From positions 1-63,715 of the forward strand of contig JAOUJV010000004.1 of NCBI GenBank assembly GCA_029882995.1: DNA of 63,715 bases, in the 5' to 3' direction. Each line of letters opens with the position of its first letter. The stretch's first letter is position 1. Under the pieces are notes generated by a model that was not told the origin of the DNA, did no database searches, and saw only the letters and a list, made by a program, of their open reading frames with translations. A program made the translations under genes and the position numbers. The stretch is from Gammaproteobacteria bacterium. Lineage in GTDB: Bacteria > Pseudomonadota > Gammaproteobacteria > DAOVJZ01. This document shows, piece after piece, positions 26,343-36,279 of the stretch.

Positions 26343-27983
26343 TCAGCCAAACAAGACAGACATACCTTTATAAATTAATATCCCGTGAGTAATAATAATC
26401 GAAACGCCTATTTCACTAATAAGTTTTCGTGATTTATTTAAAATAATTTCGCTGGCATAAAATACGATCAATAATTTTACCAGCAAAACAGCGTATTCAT
26501 GCATTGCCTCTTCGAGGTTCAGAATTATAGCAGAAACCCCTATGGCAGCGACCATAAGATAGTCCATTGGCGTCGTCCTGAAACCATCTTCTCCACTATA
26601 TTTGATCACCAGCCCCACACATAGGGCAATCATCCCAAATAGAGCCATATCGAGGGTCTCTGTAGAATTGAGTATATTGATTAAATATTTGTCCTCAAAA
26701 TAAATAACAAATGCGGCTGTAACATAAACAATTACTTTATAGATTGCATTAGCAAGGGGTTTCTGCTTTATAGTCAGGGCAACCCCAAACAAACACAACA
26801 ACAAAACTGATGTTATTGATATGTCAGGTGTAACGTTTTTCGCAGAAAGGCTGGATAAAATAAATACAAAAGGTATCGCTAAATTAAGTAACCGATAGGG
26901 TACAGTGGACAGCGCCTTATGCTGGCTTACCAGACCTATGATTTTCGACAATACTCCATCTGCACTTGTTTTATGCGCATGCCACCCTCTGCGTTCAGAT
27001 ACAAGGAGAAAAGCAAATAATGAACCACATACAAGAACATACAATCCAGAGATCAAATAATCTGACTCATATATTAAAAAGACACCACATGTAACAAGGA
27101 AGATTTGTATTAAATAGATAATAACTACTGATTCCTGGTGATGAAAACCCAGCTCCAGCAACCGATGATGTATATGATTTTTTGATGCTTTAAACCAATT
27201 CATCTTATGGTATATGCGTTGTGCAAACACGGCCAGAATATCAACCACCGGCAAACCCAATAACAACAATGGTATAGCAGCACTTAATGCTGGATTAACA
27301 CTTTGAGTTAACATCACAACTATTGCGCCAAGCGTGAATCCAAGAAACTGGCTTCCACCATCGCCCATAAAGACAATTGCAGGATGCGTATTAAATCTTA
27401 AAAATCCAAATATACCACCCAAGGCAGCCAGAACGATTATTGTTGCCGGATGATCACCCGTTTGAAAAATCAAATATGCTATCGCAATAAAACTGGTAAG
27501 AGAAAGTCCACCTGCCAAACCATCCAGACCATCAGAATGATTCGTCGCATTCATCATGCCCATTAAGGCAAAGACAGTAAAAGGCTTCCCTATGTCCTCA
27601 GACAGGTGCTCAACTCCCATAAAGGGGAAGTGATAAACATACAGATCCCCATAATAGACCAGTGTTATAGCAGCAATAAACTGGCCTATAAATTTTGTAT
27701 AGTGCCCAAGCTCCTTAATATCATCCAATACACCAAATGCGAGCAAAACAAGGCATCCAATAATATAAGCGATATAAACATCTTCAAAAGGCAACCATAA
27801 GATCGCTGGAAGCATTGCTCCCAGAACAATGCCCACTCCCCCAACCCGAGGAATAGGCTTCACATGCACCTTTCTCTCTTCGGGTATATCGATCATACCT
27901 ATTCTGGGGGCAAGACGTATCATTATGGGGATGATCACCATACACAATGCCATGCTCAACAAGAATGAGAACAAATATGTCAT
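26343..27983 (-). CDS. polyprenyl-phosphate N-acetylhexosamine-1-phosphate transferase (MraY/WecA family) with C-terminal membrane extension
   Basis: 546 aa; motifs NATNHSDGLDGLAGG and VFMGDGGSQFLGF typical of WecA/MraY, followed by ~200 extra hydrophobic residues. Confidence 0.8.
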   Translation of the reverse strand: MTYLFSFLLSMALCMVIIPIMIRLAPRIGMIDIPEERKVHVKPIPRVGGVGIVLGAMLPAILWLPFEDVYIAYIIGCLVLLAFGVLDDIKELGHYTKFIGQFIAAITLVYYGDLYVYHFPFMGVEHLSEDIGKPFTVFALMGMMNATNHSDGLDGLAGGLSLTSFIAIAYLIFQTGDHPATIIVLAALGGIFGFLRFNTHPAIVFMGDGGSQFLGFTLGAIVVMLTQSVNPALSAAIPLLLLGLPVVDILAVFAQRIYHKMNWFKASKNHIHHRLLELGFHHQESVVIIYLIQIFLVTCGVFLIYESDYLISGLYVLVCGSLFAFLLVSERRGWHAHKTSADGVLSKIIGLVSQHKALSTVPYRLLNLAIPFVFILSSLSAKNVTPDISITSVLLLCLFGVALTIKQKPLANAIYKVIVYVTAAFVIYFEDKYLINILNSTETLDMALFGMIALCVGLVIKYSGEDGFRTTPMDYLMVAAIGVSAIILNLEEAMHEYAVLLVKLLIVFYASEIILNKSRKLISEIGVSIIITHGILIYKGMSVLFG

Positions 27984-27995
27984 TAATCAGCAACT

Positions 27996-29627
27996 TTAGT
28001 CTGGAATATAATCATGAAGTTGTGGATAAGAGGCTTTGATAAAATCTATTATTCTTTTATCGGCCAAGTCGACATCTTCACCAGGGTTCACCAGGGTTGT
28101 TATCCTTACAAGAGCTCCATCAGTACGATTTAGAGTTAACGCATCCGAAAACAAATACCATTTGACAAGATATTCATTAGTCATACTTCGACCACGCTGC
28201 TGAAACCAGTAATAGGCAACTTGCTTATAATCACCTTTTATTATGACAAGCCTGTTTATATTTAAAGCATTCCCATCGACAGTAATGCCATCAAGTTTTT
28301 TCTGGCTAAGATCTTTTATGCGCCATCCTCCACCCGGGATGCATGCCCGTGGTGAGTGAATAGATTCACCAGTCTTTTGTGATTGATAGTATGCTGAATA
28401 AAAATTAATTGTTTTATTATTACTATTCACATAATCAGCCATAATATAATCATCTAATTTCAACGAATCCAGATAGATTTGTTCTAGTCTGTCTTTTTTA
28501 CCTTTCCATTCACCAATGGTTGTTGGGAAATCATCAAAAGTTACCCGGTCCGGATAATTTTCCTCTCGAGTATCTAGCGCTATTATTCCTGCAAAAGAAA
28601 TAGTAAGAAGAATGATAACAACAGAAAATGAAGTTGGTATATTTCTATGTCTGATTGATGCACTTTCTGGCGTATGTGCTGGCAAATCGACCACAAAAGC
28701 ATCCTGAAAAGAATCGATACGATCACGACCAATTTTTGACAACGCCCACATTTCGAGCATCAATATAGCCATACATGCCATGAAGATTACCCAGCCCTCA
28801 AAATCATGCAAAAAACCCTCCGCCTGTGATTGCCCCCAATATTCAACTAAAACACCAATAACACCTATACGAAAACTATTCATAAAAATAGTAATAGGAA
28901 TGCTAGACAAGACCAGAATGATTTTTTTCCAGGTTGCCCCCTTGAAAAAATATGCGGCTATAAAAGAAAGGCTCACTAATGGAAATAGATATCGCAGACC
29001 ATTACATGCCTCAACAACCTGTAGTTTGAATGAGCCTAAATCAATCACATTACCTTCAAGGTAAACACTTATATCAAACAGGCGGATTACTGCTACGCCT
29101 ATAGAAGAAGAGATTAATTGCAATTCAGATGATAAGTTTGCAAAAATAAAATACGGAATTGGGACCATAAATGCCAGAAAACATAACGGAACCAATACCA
29201 ACTTAAGTCCTTGCCAACCCATCAAAGACAAAAACGTTCCAATAATAACTATTAATAAAGCATATTGAATAATAGTGACAATTACACTAAACGTACCAAG
29301 ATAGAGCAGAACAATACCCATTACTACTAACAATAAACCGACCCATGAGCCACTGAAGGAAACCCTTTCAATCTGATCTTTTTTCTGCCAAATAAGAAAT
29401 AAGGTAAGGAATGGAATCATATACCCATAGCTATATTCCTCCTGAGTATCCCAGGAGCGTATCATAGCCTCTATACCCGTATAAAATGAACCAACCATGA
29501 CGGCAATAGCCACAATAATACAAACCCACAGGAGGCTACTAACTCTCCATACAAGATCATGTATTGCATTTACATCTTTCACTATATCTATCCTATCTAC
29601 TTGGCATTTATAACAAATGCCAGCCAT
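27996..29627 (-). CDS. exosortase fused to a C-terminal EpsI-family domain
   Basis: 543 aa. The polytopic N-terminal half carries the exosortase Cys/Arg/His motifs (VVEACNGLRYLFPL, MNSFRIGVIG, GFLHDFEGW). The C-terminal ~200 aa follow a final TM helix (IGEWKGKKDRLEQIYLDSLKLDDYIMADYV...) and look EpsI-like. Confidence 0.8.
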   Translation of the reverse strand: MAGICYKCQVDRIDIVKDVNAIHDLVWRVSSLLWVCIIVAIAVMVGSFYTGIEAMIRSWDTQEEYSYGYMIPFLTLFLIWQKKDQIERVSFSGSWVGLLLVVMGIVLLYLGTFSVIVTIIQYALLIVIIGTFLSLMGWQGLKLVLVPLCFLAFMVPIPYFIFANLSSELQLISSSIGVAVIRLFDISVYLEGNVIDLGSFKLQVVEACNGLRYLFPLVSLSFIAAYFFKGATWKKIILVLSSIPITIFMNSFRIGVIGVLVEYWGQSQAEGFLHDFEGWVIFMACMAILMLEMWALSKIGRDRIDSFQDAFVVDLPAHTPESASIRHRNIPTSFSVVIILLTISFAGIIALDTREENYPDRVTFDDFPTTIGEWKGKKDRLEQIYLDSLKLDDYIMADYVNSNNKTINFYSAYYQSQKTGESIHSPRACIPGGGWRIKDLSQKKLDGITVDGNALNINRLVIIKGDYKQVAYYWFQQRGRSMTNEYLVKWYLFSDALTLNRTDGALVRITTLVNPGEDVDLADKRIIDFIKASYPQLHDYIPD

Positions 29628-29760
29628 TCTAGTCGAATACCCAGAATACTCAAAGTAGTCATTAATCTATTCTATGAAGCATGAATTAACACGATGATAG
29701 ACGTCATATATAATTTCGTTTAAAATCAATTAGTAATGAGCGATCACTGACTATACGTAT

Positions 29761-30987
29761 ATGAATATACTTTCAATTAACAAATTTTACTGGTTAAAAG
29801 GCGGTAGCGAGACTGTCTATTTTGGTGAGAAAAATCTTTTGGAAAAGCACGGCCATACAGTCATCCCTTTTTCCATGCAAGATAAGAGTAATTTTCCATC
29901 AGAATACTCTAAATTTTTTGTTAGAAATATAGATTATGAAAATGCTGGTTTAAGGGAAAAAATTATCTCTGCCGGAAGAATTATCTATTCTTTTGAAGCT
30001 CGAAAAAAAATGACCGAGCTACTCCAGAATGTGCAAATTGATATTGCTCATTTCCATATATTCCAGCATCAAATTTCACCGTCTGTTTTTGACCCACTTC
30101 GTAAGGCGGGCATCCCTATTGTTTTATCATTACACGATTTAAAACCGATATGTCCTAATTATAAAATGTATACCCAAGGCCATATTTGTGAAAAATGTAT
30201 GGGTGGGAAATTCTATAATTGCACCTTAAATAAATGTACGAAAAATTCTACTGGAAAGAGTCTTGTTAATACCATAGAAATGTATTTTCACCATATCGCT
30301 GGTTATTACGATATGGTTGATCGTTTTATCGCAATTAGTTCATTCCATAAACAAAAAATGATTGAGTTTGGTTTTCCATCTGAAAAATTTTCATACATAC
30401 CTAATTTCATTGATCTTCAAGAATATCCTGTTCCCAATTTAGATAAAGAATATATATTATACTTTGGCCGTCTCTCTGATGACAAAGGGCTTGATACATT
30501 ACTTGAAGCATCTACACATAGAAAAGATATTCCACTTGTGATTGCAGGGACCGGACCTCATGAAAAACACCTGAAACAAAAAGCACAGGATCTAGGTTTG
30601 TCTAACGTGAAATTTGTTGGATACAAAAGTGGGGGAGAACTAACTAACTTGATTGGGAATACCAGCTTTACAATATTACCATCAGAATTATATGAAAATT
30701 GCCCTATGACAATACTGGAATCAATGGCAATGGGAAAGCCAGTAATTGGAGCTCGCCTGGGAGGAATACCAGAATTAATTAATGAGGGAATAGATGGTTA
30801 TACCTTTGAAAAAGGTAATTCTGAAGAACTTGCCAGGAAAATTGAATACCTGTGGTCCAACAAAGAAAAGCGAATTGAACTAGGACAAGCTGGCAGAAAA
30901 AAAATTGAAGAAAGACATACTCCTGAACATCATTATGACTTACTTATGAAAACATATTCCAATGTTATCTCTGCAAAAAACAATTAA
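29761..30987 (+). CDS. glycosyltransferase, GT4 family (GT-B fold)
   Basis: 408 aa; C-terminal E-x7-E region ENCPMTILESMAMGKPVIGARLGGIPELINEGIDGYTF. The only plus-strand gene in the glycan block. Confidence 0.8.
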   Translation: MNILSINKFYWLKGGSETVYFGEKNLLEKHGHTVIPFSMQDKSNFPSEYSKFFVRNIDYENAGLREKIISAGRIIYSFEARKKMTELLQNVQIDIAHFHIFQHQISPSVFDPLRKAGIPIVLSLHDLKPICPNYKMYTQGHICEKCMGGKFYNCTLNKCTKNSTGKSLVNTIEMYFHHIAGYYDMVDRFIAISSFHKQKMIEFGFPSEKFSYIPNFIDLQEYPVPNLDKEYILYFGRLSDDKGLDTLLEASTHRKDIPLVIAGTGPHEKHLKQKAQDLGLSNVKFVGYKSGGELTNLIGNTSFTILPSELYENCPMTILESMAMGKPVIGARLGGIPELINEGIDGYTFEKGNSEELARKIEYLWSNKEKRIELGQAGRKKIEERHTPEHHYDLLMKTYSNVISAKNN

Positions 30988-30988
30988 T

Positions 30989-32491
30989 CTACCCCTGTTT
31001 TTTCACCAAAAAACTTTCAGCATTATTAGGTAATTGAGGGTCAATACCAAACAAACCGAGAATTGTGGCATACATATTGGTAATCTTGCATTTGGAACTA
31101 GCAAGCTCCCAACGCTCTACATTATTAACAAAGAAGACACCATTTGCTTTATGCCCTCCACTTACTTTCTTATGGGTTGGGTTTACTGTCACCAAATCAG
31201 TGTGTAGCGAAAATCCAGTTCCTAATTGAGGAACCATTTCATAGAGAATATCCGGATATCGATCTATATGGCGACCTGAATACAATGCCTCTCTTGGTTT
31301 TAACCACTTAAATATTTTTTTCCCTTCATGGCACAATTCGCTTAATTCAGAAATTAATTTTTCTCTAACTAATTCATAATTATCAACGCGTTCTTTATTA
31401 ATGCAGATACCACCAAAAGGATTAGTTCCTGCAAAATCTGATGCATACGCGATACTCTCTGAATAACTTGTAATATGGCTTCCCTTCTTTAACGCCTTTG
31501 CATTAGGAACCAACTTAGCAACTTTACTAATATAATCCTCAAGGTCATGGTCATTCATAAATTTTAATACTTTGTTTTTCAACTTCTCCAACAATACTTT
31601 TCTGGAAAATTTTTTCCCTTTTGAAGCACTAACAAGATAATCATTCCTCATGAGATATTCATTTATATTAAAACAATGTGTGCAACGCATACCATGCCCA
31701 TGATCACTCATAACTAACAATGTATCGTCCGGCTCCAGCTCCTGTATGAAATCACCAACAACAGAATCTACCAGTTTGAAAAATTCTTCTAGCCCACCTT
31801 CAACATTGGTTTTTCCTGGGTATGTCGGATCAGATTGATCACAATATCTCCATAGATGATGCTGTATACGATCAGAGGTTAGAAAGGTTTGAAAAAACAA
31901 TCCCGGTTTTTGAGAGCGCAACATTTTTAAACCAAATTCTGCCTGCTCACGGGTGTCACTCAATGTGTTATGGTAAAAGCTCTCTATGTTTGATCTATTA
32001 GGTAATCCAACGATCCCCCCTAAACTTCCAGGAACTTTGATCCCTTCCGTACGTGTGCTATCAGAAACTTGAATACTGCCATCTATAAAAACTGGCCCAC
32101 TGATCATAACTCCTTTTACTGGCCAAACTGGATACGCCATGAAAGGATTAATAATGCAGACTTCAGATTCGGATTCATTACTAACTCTGTCCCAAAATGT
32201 TTTAGTATGAAAAACCGAAGTATCAACTTCATCAATATCATCACCTGGCAATAAATAATTAACATGATCCAATACTCCGTGTTCAGAGGGGTCAAGACCA
32301 GTATAAGTAGTGATCCATGATGGTATTGAATCTGCAGGGAATACAGAAAGCAACGGTAAAAAACCACCCGGCTTTGCCAGTTTCTCAAGATGAGGCATTA
32401 ACCCCCTATCGATCATATCTCTTGTAAGATCATAATCCATTCCATCAAAACCAAGAATAACTACACGCCCTTTTTCTATACTATCACTCAT
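30989..32491 (-). CDS. alkaline-phosphatase-superfamily enzyme, type I phosphodiesterase / nucleotide pyrophosphatase (NPP) family
   Basis: VVILGFDGMDYD metal site, nucleophile region DSIPSWITTYTGLDPSEHGV (NPP-like TxPxxxxxxTGxxPxxHG with Ser), and MSDHGHG. ATG 32491 overlaps the upstream stop by 8 nt. Confidence 0.65.
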   Translation of the reverse strand: MSDSIEKGRVVILGFDGMDYDLTRDMIDRGLMPHLEKLAKPGGFLPLLSVFPADSIPSWITTYTGLDPSEHGVLDHVNYLLPGDDIDEVDTSVFHTKTFWDRVSNESESEVCIINPFMAYPVWPVKGVMISGPVFIDGSIQVSDSTRTEGIKVPGSLGGIVGLPNRSNIESFYHNTLSDTREQAEFGLKMLRSQKPGLFFQTFLTSDRIQHHLWRYCDQSDPTYPGKTNVEGGLEEFFKLVDSVVGDFIQELEPDDTLLVMSDHGHGMRCTHCFNINEYLMRNDYLVSASKGKKFSRKVLLEKLKNKVLKFMNDHDLEDYISKVAKLVPNAKALKKGSHITSYSESIAYASDFAGTNPFGGICINKERVDNYELVREKLISELSELCHEGKKIFKWLKPREALYSGRHIDRYPDILYEMVPQLGTGFSLHTDLVTVNPTHKKVSGGHKANGVFFVNNVERWELASSKCKITNMYATILGLFGIDPQLPNNAESFLVKKQG

Positions 32492-33173
32492 ATCCCACAC
32501 CAAGTTTATCTGTTAACCATTTACATATCGTATTATTTATTTCTTCAATACTTTTAGTACCATCAACGTGCAGTATCTCATCTGAAATCCTGCATTTTCC
32601 ATAAAACCCTTCTCTCTGCTTTAAATAGGATAAAGAAGTACCATCCATTTTTCTCTCATAACCCACTTTTGCAGGCAGGTCGATAATAATAGCATAGTCA
32701 GATTGATCCATTTTAGATATACATGTTCGCTTTAATCTTTCTTTTAATACCTCAGGATCAACCCCAAGATTTATTGCCTGATCAACTGTAAAGTCAAATA
32801 AATATCTATCCATAACTACATAATCTGACTTCCATGTATATCTGGCTTTTTTAAATGCCCTATAATAATCTTGAGTTGCATAAACAAGCCAAATCCTCTT
32901 TACAAAGGAGTTTGACAGTATTTTCTTTTTCAGGTTATCCCACATCATTTGTCCTGCATCTTCTCGCACAGACAATTTATCATTATTTACAAGCTCTCCT
33001 TTTTTGGTAGCAAGCAAATCTCGAATAGCTCTTATCGCGGATATTACTGATGGCTCCCATCTCAACCATTGATATTCAGCTGACAAACCATTACTTCTTA
33101 ACCAGTCAACAACACGTTTTGACTGTGTGGTTTTTCCGCAACCATCTATGCCTGAAATATATATAATTTTCAT
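32484..33173 (-). CDS. thymidylate-kinase-like P-loop kinase
   Basis: MKIIYISGIDGCGKTTQSK (TMK-type P-loop) and a VVMDRYLFD (DRY) motif. ATG 33173 forms an ATGA overlap with the upstream stop. Confidence 0.6.
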   Translation of the reverse strand: MKIIYISGIDGCGKTTQSKRVVDWLRSNGLSAEYQWLRWEPSVISAIRAIRDLLATKKGELVNNDKLSVREDAGQMMWDNLKKKILSNSFVKRIWLVYATQDYYRAFKKARYTWKSDYVVMDRYLFDFTVDQAINLGVDPEVLKERLKRTCISKMDQSDYAIIIDLPAKVGYERKMDGTSLSYLKQREGFYGKCRISDEILHVDGTKSIEEINNTICKWLTDKLGVGYE

Positions 33174-34171
33174 CGAGGATATATGCCAATAAGTTGTTCT
33201 ACCGTCGCCTGCCATGTGAAAGGCTCTGTTTTTTTTCTATTGTTGCATATCCCAACAAACTCCTGATTCAGCTCTTGCAACATTTCATCTACTGAATCTA
33301 CATATCTAAAATATGGATCTTCATCAAATATCTCTGGCAACAAACCAAACCTTGTTGTGATTACTGGAAGATTAGCCGCCATCGCTTCAAATATTGACAA
33401 AGGTGTTTCCATGGCAGCATCTTTCTTCAAGATAGGAAAGCAATAACAGTCAGCAAGTTGATATAACTCCTGTATTTCATCTATTGACTCTCTGTAAATA
33501 ATAACCCCCGCATTCCTTAAATCATCAAACACATTGTCATCTTGTTCTGTGGTGGTACTACCAATCAACACAACTTGTATGTCGCTAACATGCTGCTGAA
33601 TCTGCTTTAACCAACCAACATTGCGAGACTCCCTTACATGTCCAACATGCAAAACAACACGTTTATCTTTTGGAATAGAATATTTAACACGAAGCTCTTT
33701 TTTATTTCCGGTTGGTGCAAAACGTTTTCTGTCAATCCCAGATATTATAACTGATGATCGTACCCCGAGATTTGCAAGATCATTTACCATAGGACTAGAC
33801 ATGGAAAAAACTCTGGCTAATTTCATTTTTCTAGCTAAATATTGTTGCCAACCAGAAAGCTCCCTTCTCTGAACATCAATAATTGACAATGTGCTCCCAT
33901 ATGTTATGGATAATACCCATGCCTTCACCCATGCAGTAAAAGTAAGCGCTCCTTTAGGGACAAAAACAATCCGTTCAGCACTAAACCCAGCAATCAAAAA
34001 AATTCTTGGTAACAATAGAATACTGTTTAAGATGCGGGGTAGTATCTTGATATCTCTTACTAAAGAAACATTGTGATTTTCACATAGCGTCTTATGTACC
34101 ATATACGCAAAATTTTTAACCCCTTCATCAAATGGGGCAGAAAAATCTTCATATATAAATACTATATTCAT
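33170..34171 (-). CDS. glycosyltransferase, GT4-like
   Basis: 333 aa; C-terminal motif METPLSIFEAMAANLPVITTRFGLLPEIF. Confidence 0.65.
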   Translation of the reverse strand: MNIVFIYEDFSAPFDEGVKNFAYMVHKTLCENHNVSLVRDIKILPRILNSILLLPRIFLIAGFSAERIVFVPKGALTFTAWVKAWVLSITYGSTLSIIDVQRRELSGWQQYLARKMKLARVFSMSSPMVNDLANLGVRSSVIISGIDRKRFAPTGNKKELRVKYSIPKDKRVVLHVGHVRESRNVGWLKQIQQHVSDIQVVLIGSTTTEQDDNVFDDLRNAGVIIYRESIDEIQELYQLADCYCFPILKKDAAMETPLSIFEAMAANLPVITTRFGLLPEIFDEDPYFRYVDSVDEMLQELNQEFVGICNNRKKTEPFTWQATVEQLIGIYPR

Positions 34172-34203
34172 TGATTAGTAATGCTAAATATTTTCCGCTA
34201 CTA

Positions 34204-35145
34204 TTATCGAGTGGCAGCTAAAATCACACTATGATTAACCAAGTCATTGTGTGCACACTTGAATTTCCCAGGAAGAACAGGAAGAACACGCCCCACGTAT
34301 GAATTATCAAGAACTCTTCGAGGTATAATTTTTACATTCCTCCATCCTAAATCCTCAAGAATAGTTTTATACTCAGAAGGCAACATTCGATTTGGTGAAC
34401 CACGAAACTTTGTCAAATTGTAGTACCATGATGAATATCTATATATATTCAGTGGATCTACATCTCTTAACCAACGAGTGTGTGTAGATAGATCAATTTC
34501 AGCTAATAATACTGCACCTGGTTTAACCACCTCCGTCATCTGCTCAAAGGTTTTTGGTATGTCATCAAAATGCTCAAAAGCAGCCTGACTAAACACCAAG
34601 TCGACACCTTCTTCCTTAAAATTTCCCAGATTGAACTCTGGATCGCAAACGTAATTTATTTTGTCGTTTTTTCCACTGCTTGTTAAGCTTAGCTGCTCAC
34701 GCAAAACATCAATTGAAATATTTGAAATTTTGTTTTTTTCAATTCTTTCAAGCAACGCCTCATAAAATTTATCTTCCACATTTTCAACAAGATTATGGAC
34801 ATCAAGAGCGCAGTATTTTCTTACTCCTAAGGCAACAAGAATTGTTCCTATCCCCAAATCAGCTCCAGGCCCCAACTCCATAACAGTCCGTTCCTCTAAT
34901 GAAACTGATTCTCCTACATAACTATTTAGATAATATCGCCATGAATTAACAACTGAAAAATCATATTCAATAGCCTTGTTTACATCATCAATAGAGAACG
35001 TACGCGGAGTAACGTAACCTTGAAAATCGTGACGTAATTTATTAAGCAACATAAAAATACCGCCAGCAGCCCAGTATTGCCAATTCGCACGAACAGGCAT
35101 ATTTAATGTCTCAGTATCAACAGGTATAATTTTATTACTAGTCAT
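34204..35145 (-). CDS. class I SAM-dependent methyltransferase
   Basis: 313 aa; motif I VMELGPGADLGIG and motif post-II VDLVFSQAAFEHF. Confidence 0.7.
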   Translation of the reverse strand: MTSNKIIPVDTETLNMPVRANWQYWAAGGIFMLLNKLRHDFQGYVTPRTFSIDDVNKAIEYDFSVVNSWRYYLNSYVGESVSLEERTVMELGPGADLGIGTILVALGVRKYCALDVHNLVENVEDKFYEALLERIEKNKISNISIDVLREQLSLTSSGKNDKINYVCDPEFNLGNFKEEGVDLVFSQAAFEHFDDIPKTFEQMTEVVKPGAVLLAEIDLSTHTRWLRDVDPLNIYRYSSWYYNLTKFRGSPNRMLPSEYKTILEDLGWRNVKIIPRRVLDNSYVGRVLPVLPGKFKCAHNDLVNHSVILAATR

Positions 35146-35146
35146 A

Positions 35147-36247
35147 TTAGCCCATTAGTTTAAAATAAGAAGAAAATGTTTGTTTTGCGACCAAATCCCA
35201 ATTATATTTTTTCTTGATTAAATCAGAATATTCAGGAAGCGTATTACTTTCCAGCTTGGAGATTAGTTTGCCCCTTAATTGTTGAACGTTACCAACTTCA
35301 AAATAATCATCATCTTCCAGCTCGACTTCCTTATTTGCAGGAATATTGCTTACTAAAACAGGGAGATTGTAACTCATCGCCTCTAATAGCGCTATCGGCA
35401 AACCTTCATGATAAGAAGGCATAACAAAGAGTCGAGCATGACTAAATATCTGTTGCAACTTCTGCCCTTTAATAAAGCCTGTAAGCACCACATTACCCTC
35501 TCTTGCTTGTTTTTTTAATGAAAGACTGTAGGTTGATTCGTGATCCGCATCACCAACCAACACCAACTTAACATCTGAAGAAAGCAATCCTTTATATGCA
35601 TCAACAAGATCATGAAACCCTTTTTCTTCTACAAATCTTCCTACTGCAATCATGTAGTTATCAGGCTCCAGCCCTAATGAGTTTATGTAGTCATCATTAT
35701 CATTTTTGATTGCCGGGTTAACTCCATTATGAATAAGGATGTAATTATTGCGACCATATTTTACTTCCAATATTTTCCCTATTACTTTTGAAATAACAAT
35801 TACACTATTCGCAAATTTTGCACCTGCATACTCACCACAAAGCAAAATTAATTTCGCAATATGCCCCCATTTATGACGGTCATAATCAGGCCCATGATGG
35901 GTCATTATCACCCTTAGCCCAAGCAATCGAGCAAAGGGAATTAATAAGGAAGGGCCAATAGCATGGATATGTAGAATATCCGGTGATTTTAATCTGGCAT
36001 ACAGAATACCAAGAAAGGTATGAATAATTGCCTCTATAGACTTTTTTCTAGGTGCATATATATGTTTTAGTTTAACCCCAGCATATTCAGATTTTCTATC
36101 TTCTTTTAAGATATAGGGAGTTCGAGTAATCACAGTCACATCACAACCCTGTTTGACAAGTCTAGGGTAAAGTTCTTGGCAATGTGTCTCCACACCTCCT
36201 TGTACATCAGGTATTCCTCTTGTGCCAAGGACGATAATTTTAATCAC
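35147..36247 (-). CDS. glycosyltransferase, GT4 family with DUF1972-like N-terminus
   Basis: 366 aa; N-terminus IIVLGTRGIPDVQGGVETH; C-terminal MPSYHEGLPIALLEAMSYNLPVLVSNIP. GTG start. Confidence 0.75.
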   Translation of the reverse strand: MIKIIVLGTRGIPDVQGGVETHCQELYPRLVKQGCDVTVITRTPYILKEDRKSEYAGVKLKHIYAPRKKSIEAIIHTFLGILYARLKSPDILHIHAIGPSLLIPFARLLGLRVIMTHHGPDYDRHKWGHIAKLILLCGEYAGAKFANSVIVISKVIGKILEVKYGRNNYILIHNGVNPAIKNDNDDYINSLGLEPDNYMIAVGRFVEEKGFHDLVDAYKGLLSSDVKLVLVGDADHESTYSLSLKKQAREGNVVLTGFIKGQKLQQIFSHARLFVMPSYHEGLPIALLEAMSYNLPVLVSNIPANKEVELEDDDYFEVGNVQQLRGKLISKLESNTLPEYSDLIKKKYNWDLVAKQTFSSYFKLMG

Positions 36248-36279
36248 GGCATTAACTTTATACAGTAAAATGGTTAGCT

